Source: Lama guanicoe (lineage: Eukaryota). Taken from it: a DNA stretch of 64,000 nucleotides. Made by a program: the position numbers and the translations under genes. Within the stretch, counting starts at the first letter, position 1; each line of letters starts with the position of its first letter. The stretch covers positions 1,744,829-1,808,828 of the forward strand of contig MU054925.1 of assembly GCA_013239625.1 (NCBI GenBank), read 5' to 3'. The notes beneath the pieces are model-generated. The model was not told the DNA's origin. It worked only from the letters and a program-made list of their open reading frames with translations, and ran no database searches. Of this stretch, positions 1 through 13,005 are shown one piece after another.

Positions 1-1339
1 TTCTGCCCAGTAGCCCTGAGGCTGGCCATGTTTGACTTGCCATTGGCACTCAAGGGCAAAGCTTGGTCCAGGCTTCTTCCTGCCACTCAGGCTCCCCAAC
101 CCTGCTAGTTAGATGTCTAGCTATGCTAGATGACCACACTGGATGAAAACTCCAGGACTCAGGAGGTGTTGGGGTAGGTGACTCCTTGAGGGCCCCACTG
201 GGATTGAGACTAAAAGCCCCCTTCTCAGTGTCTACATCCTCAGCCAGTCCCTCCACCTCTGGTGTCCTTGAACTTGTCCTCCTGTCCCTGTAGACTGGCC
301 CCTAGGGCAGCCTTCCTCCTCATCCTTCCTTCCTCAGGCTCCCTCACCCTGAGCCTCTTTGAGTCCTGTCCTTTTAACCCCCTCCCCCATTCACCCCCTC
401 CCCAGGCCAGCCAGGGGCCGTGCTGGCTGACTTCACCTTGAAGCTCCCTTATCACAGTCTCCATCTCCTGCTGGCCTTAGCTGGAGCAAAATTGTTTTCT
501 TTGCGCCTGCCCTGAGCAGTGGGGCCAGAGCGGGTGCAGGGATGGGAATGGGCTATGGTGGGTGGAAAGTTAAATTTTGAGATCCAAGGGCCTCCTGTAC
601 TTCCTCTTCCTGCACCTGGACCCCATCCCTGCCCCACCCCAACCCTGGAACCCAGGTACAGTCCTGGCCTAACCTGATTTGTCACTCATGCCCACACTCA
701 CTCACCCTTCTCATCCTGGACTGAGCTGACCCAACAGACCCTTGGGATGCCTCCTCCCATGTGCGAACATGCTCCCCCACCCCATGGGCTGGGACCCACA
801 CAAGCACAAGCCCAGATTCCTCTGGACCTCCATTGTGCACTTGTGCTCCCCTTTGGGCATGCACACACTCCCCCACATAAACATGTGCCCACTTAGTTGT
901 GCATATGCCTAACACAGAGTTCCAGAAGGTCAGAGCTCAGGCAAGCTCAGAAGTCCTCCACTCCCCTAACCCAGTCCACATACCCTGATGTACAGATGGG
1001 AAAGCAGAGGCCCAGCGGAGTGGAATGGAAGCAGACATCCTGGGTGAGAGGGTGGGAGGTGCCGCTGCAAAGTCCCGGGAGGGGTTAGGGGTCCAGGTAG
1101 TTTCCCCTCAGCTTTGAAGAAAGGCCTCTCTGTTGGGCCATTCAGCTGGGGACATTCTCTCTCCAGCCTTTTTTCCTGACTAGAGACATCAAGACCCCAG
1201 TGCTCTGCCCTGAGGCACTCCTGAGGCACCCCCTACATCCCTCATCCCCTGCCCTCCACTCTCTCCTCTCCATCCTAGCTTTCTCTTAGAGCCACCTCCC
1301 CACCAGGAAAATCACCTCAGGCCCCAGCCATGCTCTGGA

Positions 1340-1500
1340 GTACCAGCTCCAGGATATTGCTGTATGACTTCAGGCAAGTCACTTCACCTCTCTGATCCTC
1401 CATTTCCTCGGCAAATGGGGATGATAACACATCTGACCTCATACCCTCACATGATCTTATGAAGCTGAAAGACTCACCTGGAAGGAACTTAGTGCAGGGA
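1340..1500 (+). mobile_element. MIR SINE fragment
   Basis: MIR core TGACTTCAGGCAAGTCACTTCACCTCTCTGATCCTCCATTTCCTC...AAATGGGGATGATAA; boundaries approximate. Confidence 0.75.
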
Positions 1501-2459
1501 ACAGAATCCTGTACCAATATAATATTAAACAGCAACAATAAAGCTGCTGCCTTCCCTGCTCACCCTCCCTGGCCCCACCCTCGAGGATTTTTTCTTCTCT
1601 ATCAAACTCCTTCCAAGAGTTGCCTGCACCCCAGCCACCACTTCCTCTCCATGCATACACTCCTAAACATGCATGCCCACCCACAGGAGTGTGCCCCTTA
1701 AATCCACACCCCCAGCTGGTACTCGCACATGCTCACACACACACGCACACACAAATGGTAAACAAAATATAATTCATTTGTAAAGGAGACTCCAGTTGTG
1801 CCATCCATCTTAAGCCAAAATTCAATACTTCCCAGAGCGGTCCACCGGGCCTTGATGAATGGACAGTACAAAAGGCTCCATCCCACGCGCCCTGCTCTCT
1901 GGAATAACAGAACGCCAGCCCCCAGGGGCCCCGCGGGATACAGAGGCAGGGCAGCGGCCTGGCCATCTAGAGAGGTGGTTCAAACAGTCTGGCTCACCAG
2001 GAGGGGCCAGAACTACTGGAACAGGAACTACTCTGATTTCAGCCTCCCATCTGTTCAGACAGGATTCAGACAGTCCCTCTCTGATTCTCTACTTTTTCTC
2101 TGGATCTTTTGGAGCCAGTGCAGCCTGACCTGAGGGTGAGATGAGGCCCCTTCAACTACCTGGACGCCAGCCCCCACCTCAATTCCACTCTCCCATCCTC
2201 AGCCTCTCCCCGTCTCTCAGACACCCCCTCTGAAACAAAAGTTCCCCATCCCTGCCTGCATCCATCTCTTTAGAGCCTGTGGCTACCTCCCAAATAACCC
2301 CTGACCTTTGCGTAAGCAGTTCCCCACCCCAGATCATCATTCCTTCCCTTCCTAATCTGGAGTTCTCCACATGATTCAAAGCCCAGCTCAAATGCCCTTC
2401 CTCCAGGAAGCCAGCCCTAACTCTCCTGGGAACAGCCTAAGCCCTAGACAGTGAGGGTG

Positions 2460-3220
2460 TCTGGAGCCACGAGGCGCGACTCAGTGAGCGAGGGCCCACC
2501 ACGCAGGTCTCCGCAGGCCGAGGACGGGGATCAGATGCAACCCACGCCGGGGGTGGGGGGCATGCAAGGGATTAAGGGGAGCAGCGTGGCGAACGTGAGC
2601 TACCTGGCTGTGGCTTTGCAAGGCTGCTGCCGCGCCTTTCCCCCACCCTCAGCCTGAGTGAGCAGCCCGGCGTCGCTGTCGGCGCCCCGCGCCGCCGCGT
2701 TAGCTGCGGCGCTCGCTGCTGAGCGAACATTCCTCCGCTCGCTCGCTCGGGGGAGTTTTACGGCCCGCGGTGCTTCCTCCGCAATGGCCTGTGCTGTTTA
2801 CGAACCCCTCTCCGGCTTGGAAATAGACTNNNNNNNNNNNNNNNNNNNNNNNNNNNNNNNNNNNNNNNNNNNNNNNNNNNNNNNNNNNNNNNNNNNNNNN
2901 NNNNNNNNNNNNNNNNNNNNNNNNNNNNNNNNNNNNNNNNNNNNNNNNNNNNNNNNNNNNNNNNNNNNNGGCGGCTGCTCCGCGCATGTGCATCCGGCTA
3001 GGTGGCACTGCCCTCCTCTGCGGCGACCCCGGCTGCCCCCGCACCACTGCCCGCTGCCCGCAAGATACCGACGTCTGGGACACGGGGACGGGGTCGGGGC
3101 ACATGTCAGGCCAACAGAGCCGCCCAGGAGTCTGAGTCGTCTGAGACTGCTGCGAGGACTGGTAGCAGGGGTACCAGGACGCCAATTGGTTCCAGTCGCC
3201 TCCCAAGTCTTTTCCGTCCG
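2460..3220. promoter_or_regulatory. Orphan CpG island (interrupted by gap 2830-2969)
   Basis: Dense CpG (e.g. CGGCGTCGCTGTCGGCGCCCCGCGCCGCCGCG) in CpG-depleted surroundings; no recognisable coding exon. Confidence 0.7.
2830..2969. other. Assembly gap (140 N)
   Basis: Run of N. Confidence 1.
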
Positions 3221-4129
3221 CAATTCCATCAGCAGTGCCTCACCTCCAGATCCTCCTTTGAAGTCCAGGTGCTTCTGGATGAAGCTCCCATTGGTGCCTG
3301 GGGCTGCATTCAGTTGGGGCTAAGTGGGGCTGGGACGTTTATTCCTTCTTCCTTTCATGCATTCAGCCACCAAAGGTGTCAGAGCACCTGCTCTGAACCA
3401 GGCCCTATGCTGGGCGCTTGGCATGGGGGACGCTGAGCAAGACAAGTGATGTGGTTCCTTTCCATCCTAGCCCTGCCCTCCCCTTCACACCACTGAAGAA
3501 GCAAACAGACCAGGGCAGGGAGGAGGGATAACTGGGCATGAGAAGACCTCAGTCACCTGTGAGTACAGCCTGATCCACACATTCCCCAGGCCAGCCCTCC
3601 CCCTGCAGTAGGGGGGCCATCTCCCTGCCACCAGGGAGCAGGGGAGCCTGGCAGACGGAGCGCCTGCTAGACCAGGATTCACATGTGACCTTGTCAGTTT
3701 CTTCCTTTTCTGGGCCTCACTGTCTCCATCTGGAACATGGGTCCAGCACCAAGGTGAGCTAATATTACTGACCAAGGCTGGGGCTGCCCATCCCAACCTT
3801 TAGGAGTACCAGGCTTGCCAGCATCCAATGACCCACCCCAAGACAAGCTGCTACATCCCTGAGATCAAATTACACTGCCCTTAGTAGCTGTGGGATCTTG
3901 GGCTCATCTCTTCCCTCTCTGGAGCTGCTGGTGGTCCCTACTTCATAAGGTTGTGCTGGGGATCAAATGGCATGAGGAAGCTCAGCTCCTGAAACTCAGT
4001 AAGGACTCCATTGATGGAGAACTCAGAGGGCTCAGAGATGGGAAATGTGGGTTTGGGTGAAAAGTCCCAAAGGGTGGGGAAAAACTGGGCCCCTGGCCTC
4101 CCTGCCCACTGGGTATACGGTTACACATT

Positions 4130-4280
4130 CACCCAGAACCCCTGTGAGCCTCACAGTAGCCCTGTGAGGGGTCATGCAGAAACTATGGTTTGCTCCCATT
4201 TTACAGATGAGAAAGTGGGAGCTTAGAGAAAGGAAGGATCTTGCCCAAGTCACATAGCAAGAGAGAAGGAGACCTAGAAT
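4130..4280 (-). mobile_element. MIR SINE fragment
   Basis: CCCATTTTACAGATGAGAAAGTGGGAGCTTAGAGA...CTTGCCCAAGTCACATAGC. Confidence 0.75.
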
Positions 4281-5774
4281 AGGGCCCAGGCCTACCAAGT
4301 CTAGGTTGGGGGGGTGCCTACAGTCATTGAGTGGGTCAAGAGGAAGAGAGGGCACATCTGGCAGGCACACCTGCTGGGAGCAAAGGCCTGGAGGCAGAAA
4401 CATACGTGACATAGGCTGGGGGAAATGGAGGTCAGATTCAGTTTTGAAACTCCCCAGGAACTTGGCTCTGGCTTGTCTGTGACCGAGCAAAATGTGGGAG
4501 GGGCCTCTACAGAGTTGTGCCTTACAGAGAAGGGAAAACCAGAAGCCTTGTGGGCAGACACCCAGGGAAGGACTTAGATTAGGGCAGATGCAAAGAGGGG
4601 CTTGGGCAGACAGAGGGGCAAAAAAATCAGACTAGGAGACACTGACAGGCTGGCAAATAGGCAGACAGGGAGACAGATGGGTAGATTGAGAGAGGCACAG
4701 ATAGATGGGTAGACAATGGACAGATGGATAAACAAATGGACAGACCAATGAACTGACAGAGAGAGAGAGCACTGAACAGGATTCAGCAGAGCCAAGAGGA
4801 GGAAGGGCAGCCCAGGCAGAAGTACTTGTGTGGACAGTGGATCAGAGGTGAGGCTGAGAGTGACCTCTGGCCTTTGGGCAGTCAGGGAGGAGACTGACAT
4901 CCTATTACAGTAAATCTCAGAGGTGCAGGCCCCTGAGGAAAGCAGGGTTGGGTAGTGAGTGGTTGGGAAGTGGGAGAGGAGGTAGGTAGTTGCATCCCCA
5001 CCAACCACAGGCTGCTGTCCCACAACAGGACAAAGGCAGTTCTCAGGTGGATCCGGTCATTCACATCCCCCAGGGATCACAGCACCCACAGCCCTGCACA
5101 GTTAGCTGGTGCCCAGTGTGCATTTGGAAGATGGACTTGGATCACAATGCCTTCTCTGCACCAAGAGCCAGCTGTGCAGCCGGCCTCTGGAGCAAGGCTG
5201 TGACTACCCAGGGCCGACTGGGGCAGGCGGTGGGCAAGCCTCGGCCACTCGGAGGAAGCCAGCTGCAGCCACAGCACAGGGAGCCTCCGTAGGGGCCTGG
5301 ACCAATTAGGAAAGAAGGGGAGGCAGCAATAATTAAAAATTAAAAGCCAACAAGACAGCAGTTTAAAAATGGAAGGAGTGAGTGAAAACAATTAGCAGAG
5401 ATGAGGCAACAGGGCGGGCACGATACAAATGGAGCTGATCACAAAGCACTAATGACATCGGAAACCTAATTTTTACAGTGTCAGGACTTTGTGATGAAGC
5501 ACTCGGCCTGCTCCCCTGAACCAGGCCTCGTGTTGTCTGGGGGCCGTGGGACTCAATCTTCCTCTATGCACTGCAGAGGAGCCTGAATGGAGGGGCCAGG
5601 AGGGAGAGGGTATGGGCTGGTGGGGACTCTTGGAGGCAGGGAGGCCAAGCAAAAGTGCTGGGGGTGCCGAGAAGGAGGCCAGGAAACCGAGGCACAAGCC
5701 TTGCGTGGGGGACAGATATTGCCCCCTTAGTGTCCCCACCAACAAGGCAGCGGTGGTGAAGTCACAGTCCTCCA

Positions 5775-6026
5775 NNNNNNNNNNNNNNNNNNNNNNNNNN
5801 NNNNNNNNNNNNNNNNNNNNNNNNNNNNNNNNNNNNNNNNNNNNNNNNNNNNNNNNNNNNNNNNNNNNNNNNNNNNNNNNNNNNNNNNNNNNNNNNNNNN
5901 NNNNNNNNNNNNNNNNNNNNNNNNNNNNNNNNNNNNNNNNNNNNNNNNNNNNNNNNNNNNNNNNNNNNNNNNNNNNNNNNNNNNNNNNNNNNNNNNNNNN
6001 NNNNNNNNNNNNNNNNNNNNNNNNNN
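5775..6026. other. Assembly gap (252 N)
   Basis: Run of N. Confidence 1.
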
Positions 6027-6769
6027 TGGGGTGGGACTTGGGAGAGCTCTGATTCAGGAGGCTTGGGTCTCCCACCCCACACCTAGGAGCCCCAGGGGCG
6101 CCCTCATCTCACAGAAGAGAGAAGGATACCAAGGTCTCTAAGGAAAGTCTAGACCCCGCTTTGCCTCCTAGTGTCTCTTGGGTCCTGCCTTCAGGCTGAC
6201 CACTCACCTCCTCTCTTCTTGGTCCCCTGTGTTGGAATGGCCCCCCTTCACCTTGACAGCTCTTGCCACACAGTCTAGGATGGACCCGGAGCCTCCCCTG
6301 AGCCCCGTCACTCCCCTGAGCCTCCACGTGCTCTCTGTGCCATTTCCTGGCCCCTCCTGGCTGGTCTTATGTCTCCTGTCCCTCGTCCCGAATGGCACGG
6401 CAGTGGAGGTGGAGAAGAGGGCTCAGTAAACCCTTACTGACTGACTCGTCGGTTCCATCAGAGGTGGGGGATGGAGAAGGATGCAGACAGTCTATGGATC
6501 TGATGCCCAGAAGGTGCAGGCTGAGCCTCTCCAATACCCTCCTCCGAGTCCAGATGTCTACAGTCTCAGCCGCGCTTCCCATCCCCATTTTTCTCCCCTG
6601 CCCCAGCTCTGGCTGCAGCCCTTCTACACTCTGGAAATGGCTCAGGCCAAGGCCACCAAAGACCCCATCAGGCAGATCACGTGGCAAGCTTTTCTTAACC
6701 CCAGGGCCTTTGCTCATGCTATTCTCTCTGCTGAGAAAAATTTTTTCCTCTTACTTGACCCGACCAAGC

Positions 6770-7220
6770 ATAGAGGGTACTCTCACCCTTCAGGTCATGA
6801 ATTAGGAGGCAGAAACTATGACTCATGCTCCTCCAGTCTCAAAACAATTTATTGGCACAAGTAACTGAAGAGTCCAGATCATGAGATTCAGGTATGGCTG
6901 GATACAGGTACTCAAACATTATTACCAGAACACAGCCTCTCTATCTTGTACTTCTTTGAGTGTAAACTTCATGTCCAGTCAGGCCCTCCCATGTCGTTCC
7001 CTCTCTATATACCTCATACCTGCCCCTAGCAGAAGCCCTAGCATCAAATAGATCACATGCCCATCCCAGAAATTCACTATAGTCCTAGAGATGAAGGAAG
7101 CTAAATGGCCAGGCCTGTGTCAAACCAGAGAGATGAGGGGGGCATATGTTTATCCCCAGACCATGGAGAGAGAATGATGGAGTCAGGGATTCCCCAGGGA
7201 CAACTGGGAGTGCACAGCTG
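6770..7220 (-). mobile_element. Old MaLR LTR (MLT1J/K/L-like)
   Basis: ATTTATTGGCACAAGTAACTGAAGAGTCCAG...TTCAGGTATGGCTGGATACAGGTACTCAAA resembles the recalled MLT1 consensus. Confidence 0.55.
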
Positions 7221-7584
7221 AGCCGGCCCCACCTCTACTGAGCATAAACAGGGTCTTAACTCCCCTTTCCTTGATTAATTCCTTGAGGGCTGACCCTCTT
7301 ATTTTCTGGCCCCCTCTAGGCTGTAAACCCAGAGGCAGGAACTAGGCTGTCTTTTTCACTATGGCATCCCGCTTAGTGCACATAAGTGATGGGGAGCCCC
7401 TCATGTTACAGTTGGGGAAATTGAGGCAGGGACTTGGCCAAGATCACACATGTATGTTCATGTTAAGTTGCCCTATGCTCTGCTACTCACATCATCTCCA
7501 TTGCTCCCTCCACCAACCCCTCCTCCCAGTATCTGTCTTGCCAAACCCGGAATCTGGTGCTTAGTGGGTGCTCAGGGCATATCA

Positions 7585-7612
7585 CTGAATGAATGAATGA
7601 ATGAATGAATGA
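7585..7612 (+). repeat. (TGAA)n tract, L2 3' tail
   Basis: TGAATGAATGAATGAATGAATGAATGA after an L2-like TAGTGGGTGCTCAG. Confidence 0.7.
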
Positions 7613-8302
7613 CTTTCTAGTGATAGGGGCTTTCACACATGGGGCCAGTTCTTCTGTGTGCAAGATGTGGTAGGTCAAAAAGACCCCCCGGGCACCTGGG
7701 GCAGAGCCTAGGACCAGCATTGCCCATGGAGTAGGTCGTGGAGCATCCTGGAAGCTGGGTGGTATGTCTGTGTCCTGATGGCTGGCCCTGCCCCGCCAGG
7801 GGAGGACCCCTGGGAAGCTGAGAGGACACAAGTGTGTCCTCCTGCCCTCCTTGGGCCTCCTTTCCATGCTTTCCATTCTCTATGCCACCACCCAGTCCTG
7901 TCCTGGCCCTCTGGTCTGTGACCTCGGTCATAGTTCCTTTCCCCTTCCCTCAGCTTCTCTCTTGTCCCCAGGGAGCATTCCACAGCTGTCTCTGGCAGCC
8001 ACCCCCTCCCACCCTGCCCTGCCAACTCCCCAGCCCCTCCCCACCCTGCCTCCATCTCCTGCAGCCCTGCTGTCCCTCAGCCGAGTACAGCTGCTTTCCT
8101 CCAAGAAGTTAAGTTGAACTGATCAGCTGTTTAATGACCTGATGTGCTCATGGTCCACATGGCCCATTAGCAGAGATGGCTGAGGTGGTGCGCAGGTGGA
8201 CAGCTGGGATGTCTCAGTGCCTGGGTGGACACCTGCCTGCCCACCTGGGGGCACAGCAGTGTAGGTACGCTTCCTGGAGAGGCCAGGGCAACAGGAGAGG
8301 AC

Positions 8303-8304
8303 TG

Positions 8305-8338
<34 letters not shown>

Positions 8339-8340
8339 TA
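8303..8340. repeat. (CG)/(CA)n microsatellite
   Basis: TGCACGCGCGCACACACA...CATA. Confidence 0.9.
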
Positions 8341-9189
8341 CCTTGCGGAGTCTCCTCATGCATAAACACACGCAGCCATGTCCCCACATCCCACATGGTT
8401 GGCCGTGTGGCCTCCCCCACACACACACCCACTAGCTTACTGTGCTGCAGCCAACAGTGGTTATAACCATCTCTCCTGAGCCTGGCACTCAAGGCCACCA
8501 TGATCAAGCCTCAACAGACCACTCCAGCCAGATCTCCTCAAGTGGTCCCTGGACACAAGGACAGAGGAGGAGAGGCTCTCCATCTCCATCCATTAGTCTG
8601 TCTATGTGTCTGTAGAGGTGCCCATCACTCTAGGGGAGCCCCCAGGGCAGACACTCTGAGATCCCTCTACAGGCGCCTTCTCTCTAAGCCTGAGCTGGGG
8701 TGCACTGTCCCTCGCCCTCTCTCAACCTGTCCTGGGCAGCACCTGGGCTCTGACTTGCCCTGAGCTGATGCTCAGCACTGGAGGAGGCAGAACTCAGAGG
8801 AAAATGAGGCCTCACTGAGCACCTATTCTGTGCAAGGCTTTCACATCACTGTTGCATCTGGTCCTTGTCACTGTCCTAGTCACCCTGTCCCTGCCTGCAC
8901 ATCTTGCATCCCGCTCCTCTCATGGACAAAGAACGAGGTCCTCAGGGAGTGCCCTTCCCCAGTCACACCCAGCTTGCCTAATCTCCTCCAGTGTTCCTCG
9001 GCTGTTTTGCAGGCTCAGGGATAAATCTCAGTTGCATCTCTTCTCTGGACCAGACAGGAGTCTGGGCGGGGGGCAGAGTGTCCTTTTTGCTCACCACTAG
9101 CCCAGGCTCATCTTGCCACACTCAGCTGTGATACTCTGGTCTTGCCCTTTATGGGAGAAGTCCACAAGCCAGGCAGTTCCTCAGGTCCT

Positions 9190-9320
9190 CACAGGCCCTG
9201 AAGCAGAGGTGCCTCATGATCCCATTTTGCAGATGCAGAAAGTGAGACGTTGAGAGTTTAAGCAACTCACTTGCGAGTAAGCTCACAACAGAAGTGGCTG
9301 AGGTGAGAACTGACCCTGGG
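9190..9320 (-). mobile_element. MIR SINE fragment
   Basis: CCCATTTTGCAGATGCAGAAAGTGAGAC...AAGCAACTCACTTG. Confidence 0.65.
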
Positions 9321-9789
9321 TCAGGTCATCAACAAGGCTGGCTGACACCCTACACCTCTGATACAGAAGGGAAGGCTGAAAGCCCGAGGCCAAGAAAGCT
9401 GCATGCTGGCCCCAAGCTCGCAGACTGCGGTATTCAGTGCACGGTGTTCTTTCAGGAGGACAAAGCCTCCCCCTGAGGATTTCCTGAGGCTCGGACTCCA
9501 GATTGCAGGGAGCATGTAGCCTGCTGGGGCTGGGATGCGAACCCTTCCAGGCCACAGCTCATATTTGCATCTGGTAATGGGCTCCTTACTAGGCCCTTCT
9601 ATCTCCACTGTCAAACGGCCTCCAGGGGCTTCTCTTTGTGGGGTGTCATTAGCTGTTCTTCCCCTTGGGAGGGAAGTGGCCAAAGGGGTCTTTGTCCAGT
9701 GGCCTTGAAAACTGACCTTGGAAGAGTGAGTACAATGGCCACTGTCCACAGCCCCTTCAACTCCTTTTTCTCCCTAAGGGTGGGCGTGG

Positions 9790-9960
9790 CAGGGAGAGGA
9801 AGAAGGAAGGGGAGGGAGAAAAGAGAAGGGAGGAGGGAGAGGAAGAGATTGGGGGAAGATAGGGAGGAGGGAAAGGAGGCGGGGAACGGGGGAGGAGAGA
9901 GGGAAGGAGGAGGAAGGTGTAGGGAGAGAGGAGGAGGGAGGGAAGAGGAGGAGAGGAGGA
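9790..9960. repeat. Purine-rich (GA) low-complexity tract
   Basis: About 170 nt almost entirely G and A. Confidence 0.85.
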
Positions 9961-12900
9961 CGCACCAACCTGACCTGCAGAGAGGCTGGAGGGAGGGGGA
10001 GGCTGGCCGCAGGGGAGGCAGCGATGGCTGCAGGAGACAGATAAGGTTGGGGAGAAAGACACGCTCCACTGATGGGAGCGCAGGGATTAGGGGCTCCAAG
10101 GGCCTGTCCTGGGCCTGTGGGTGGAAACTCGGGAAGAAGAGAAGCTGCCCTAATGAGAAGGGAGGAGAGAGAAGAGTGATCCCACTTCATGGGACCCCTG
10201 TGCCCTTTGTGAGTGATGAAAAAGGCCCAGGCCCCTGGCCCCAGGCAGGGCAGCATGGAAGATCCCCTGAGCTCAGGGCCCACCCCCAATCAAAGATGAC
10301 AAGTCATGGCTGTGGCCCGTCCTCTGCATGCCACCCTGACATCCTCACACCCTGGCAGGCGTATGCCAGCCCATGGCGGCAGCAGGGACTGTCCCTACCC
10401 TGATGGACCCTGGCGACCCTTCACATATGTGTCCACAGCAATGTCCTCACACACTCACAGCCACACAGGTCTCTCAGATCCCCATATTCTGCCTGGTGCC
10501 TGTGGCCTCTCACCTGGGGCAGGTGAAGACATGCCCGTACCATCCAGGCTGCGCCCATTGCCAAGTGAGGGAAGAGCCCTGCGCCGCACACTGTCATTCT
10601 CAGCAGTAGATTCTGAGGACACCTCTGTCCTCAGCCTCTGAGGCAGGATGAGGCAGGCCCCTTATGGAGGCCCCTGGGTTCCTGGACCCCAAGCTAGAGG
10701 AGACCAGGCCTGAGGCTCCCTGAATTTGCACTGGTTGTGGGCCCGGGCCTGGAACCCAAGTCCCTCCTGGCCAGGGGAACACAGCTCTGCGTGGGTGGGG
10801 GTGGGGCCCTGGCCTTGCTTGCAGTGCTGTGCCCAGTACCCGACCCACGTGGGCGCACTGTGGGCACTCACAGATGTCTCGGGTGCATTTGTCCTGAGCT
10901 GTTTGAAGTTGGGTCTCCCAGGGGCTTGGTGGGAAGGGGTGCCGCTTCTAGGCCCAGGTAGAACTGTGCAGGGACCTGCCTGAGGCAACCTCCTCTCTGG
11001 GGGAGTCCAGCTGATGAGACTAAGAGTCAGGAAAGGTACTCAGTGTCAATGCTGTGGGATGAAGATAGGCCCTGTTGGCTGATAGCCTGGCTGCTGGGAG
11101 CAGGTGATGGAGATAAATGGTCCCTGTCCTGGGTGGGGGTCAGGGCTGGGTGAGGCAGCCTTGGGCCTGACGGATGACTCAGGGCTGGGCCAGGAAGTCA
11201 GGGAGGGCTCCTGCAGTGGATCTGCCTGGGTAGCAGGAGCCCAGCTGTCCACAGCCTACCAAGGCTACCTACCACCTCCATGGGGGCTGAGGGTTTGGGG
11301 GACAGAGGGGCTGGCCCCACCCTGTCACAGGTGTGGAAGCTGAAGCCCTGGTGAGCCCTCACGTGCCCTGGGCCAAGCCCCCACCCGGGCAGGAAGTGGG
11401 TTTTCCTGGGTGCTTTTGTCAAGGAGACCAAAACCTCCTCATGAATACCTCAGGGTGAGGGCTGGCTGCTAGAGGCTGGCTCCAGGCCTCATTTGTTCTT
11501 TGTTCATTCATTCATTCATTCATTCCCATGTCTGCCCTGGTGTCCTTTCTGGGCTGCTAGAAACTCGTCTCTACCCAGGGAGGCCAGGCCCTCTCTTCTG
11601 GCCTGGAATCTCCTTGCCCTTGTCACTCTCCTCCTGCCACACTGGCCGCCTGGCTGTTTCTCCAAGAAGCCTCTAGAACTTTACTTTTCCTGTTGTTGTT
11701 CCTATTCCACCTGGAACACCCCGACCCAAGTGCATGTGGCCAGCAACCCCTGACATTCAGATGCTTCGGTGCCCTCCTCTCCTTGATTGCCCATCTGAAG
11801 CTGTCCCTGCCAATGTATATACATACAGTCCTGGTTTGTTTCCAGGTTTGTTTCCTTTAGAGCCTAAATATACCTTGTTTGTTGGTTCATTTGTTTGTCA
11901 TCTGTCTCCCCTAGGCGTTGGGAGCCCAAAGGAGGAGGCACCTCACCAAGCCCTGCCTGGGACCCAAGGTCTTAGCTGCTTTCTTTACTGGTCCATGAGT
12001 GCTCAGGTCCCCAGGGCCACTCAGGACAGCGTAAGGCAGGACCTGTTCATGGACCAGTAACAAGACTGTTGCCAGGGCAATGGGCTGCCCATCTCTGAGG
12101 GTCCCACATAAAGGCTTAACGCTTTGGATCCAGGTTGTCAGACAGAGTCTAGATGGCCAGGAACCCAAGGACCCTACACACCCAGGAAGCAGGTTCCCCA
12201 AGCCCTGCCTGGGCTAGGCCCTGGTTCTGGAGCCCAGAGAGGATGCATGTGAAGGTTGACACCAAATCTGGTGCCTCCACCCCCAAGATGATGGAGATAA
12301 ATGAGAAGTGCCTGGAGCTGTAGTGGATGACAAGGAGCCTGGTGCAGCCGAGGGATGCAGAGTTTGGGGACGAGATGCTGGAAGAACCTCTGATCCCTCC
12401 AGGACATTGCCCTCTGTAGCAAGGAAGAGATGGACTCCACAGGTTGTTGTCGGGGGTGGGTATGGGGTTGACTTCAGCCTCAGCCCACGAAGGGGCAATG
12501 CCAGAGCATTTAATGCCACCCTGGTGCCAAATCCTGAGTGGGGGACCAGCTTGGGGCTGTGGAACCTCAGTCAGCAGTTGTGGCTCCTCTCCTCACCTAC
12601 TCCACCTTATCTCCCTCTACCTGCCTAGCGTCCTCAGCCCCTAGGAAGGGTCTTCTTGGATACTGTCTAGGAATCAGTGGGCCTGGCTGGGGCATGGCTG
12701 TGGGTGCCTTGGGTAGTCAAGTTCCTGAGAACCATCCTAGTAGCTCCCAATCTCTGTTCCTTCCATCCAGCTACTATCCCAACAGCCCCCTGGGGAGGTG
12801 CTGGGATAGGAGCCACAAACCCCTTCTTCCTCGCGTATGGAAGGGGGGTCCTGTGTCTTGGAAAAGTGTGGCTCCATCTTTCCTCAGCTCCTTGGAGGTC

Positions 12901-12991
12901 CAAGACCACTAGATAACCTTAGGGTCTCTGGAGATCAAGTTCACAGCTCCAAAGAGAAAGGATGGAATGGGGCTGAATATGACTTCCACTG

Positions 12992-13005
12992 CTGCCACCT
13001 GGTGG
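12992..13005 (-). promoter_or_regulatory. CTCF consensus motif CCACCAGGTGGCAG
   Basis: Exact match to the CTCF core on the minus strand. Confidence 0.55.

Noticed and set aside
2658-3323. 221-aa ORF and overlapping ORFs in the CpG island; possible CACNA2D2 exon 1
   Set aside because: The ORFs span an N gap in stop-poor GC-rich DNA and show no similarity to the CACNA2D2 N-terminus as I recall it.
5473-6082. ORFs of 106-200 aa
   Set aside because: Their length comes from the 252-N gap.
9611-10403. 255-aa G/R/E-rich ORF and antisense P/S/L-rich ORFs
   Set aside because: Translation of a purine-rich low-complexity tract; no domain or splice support.
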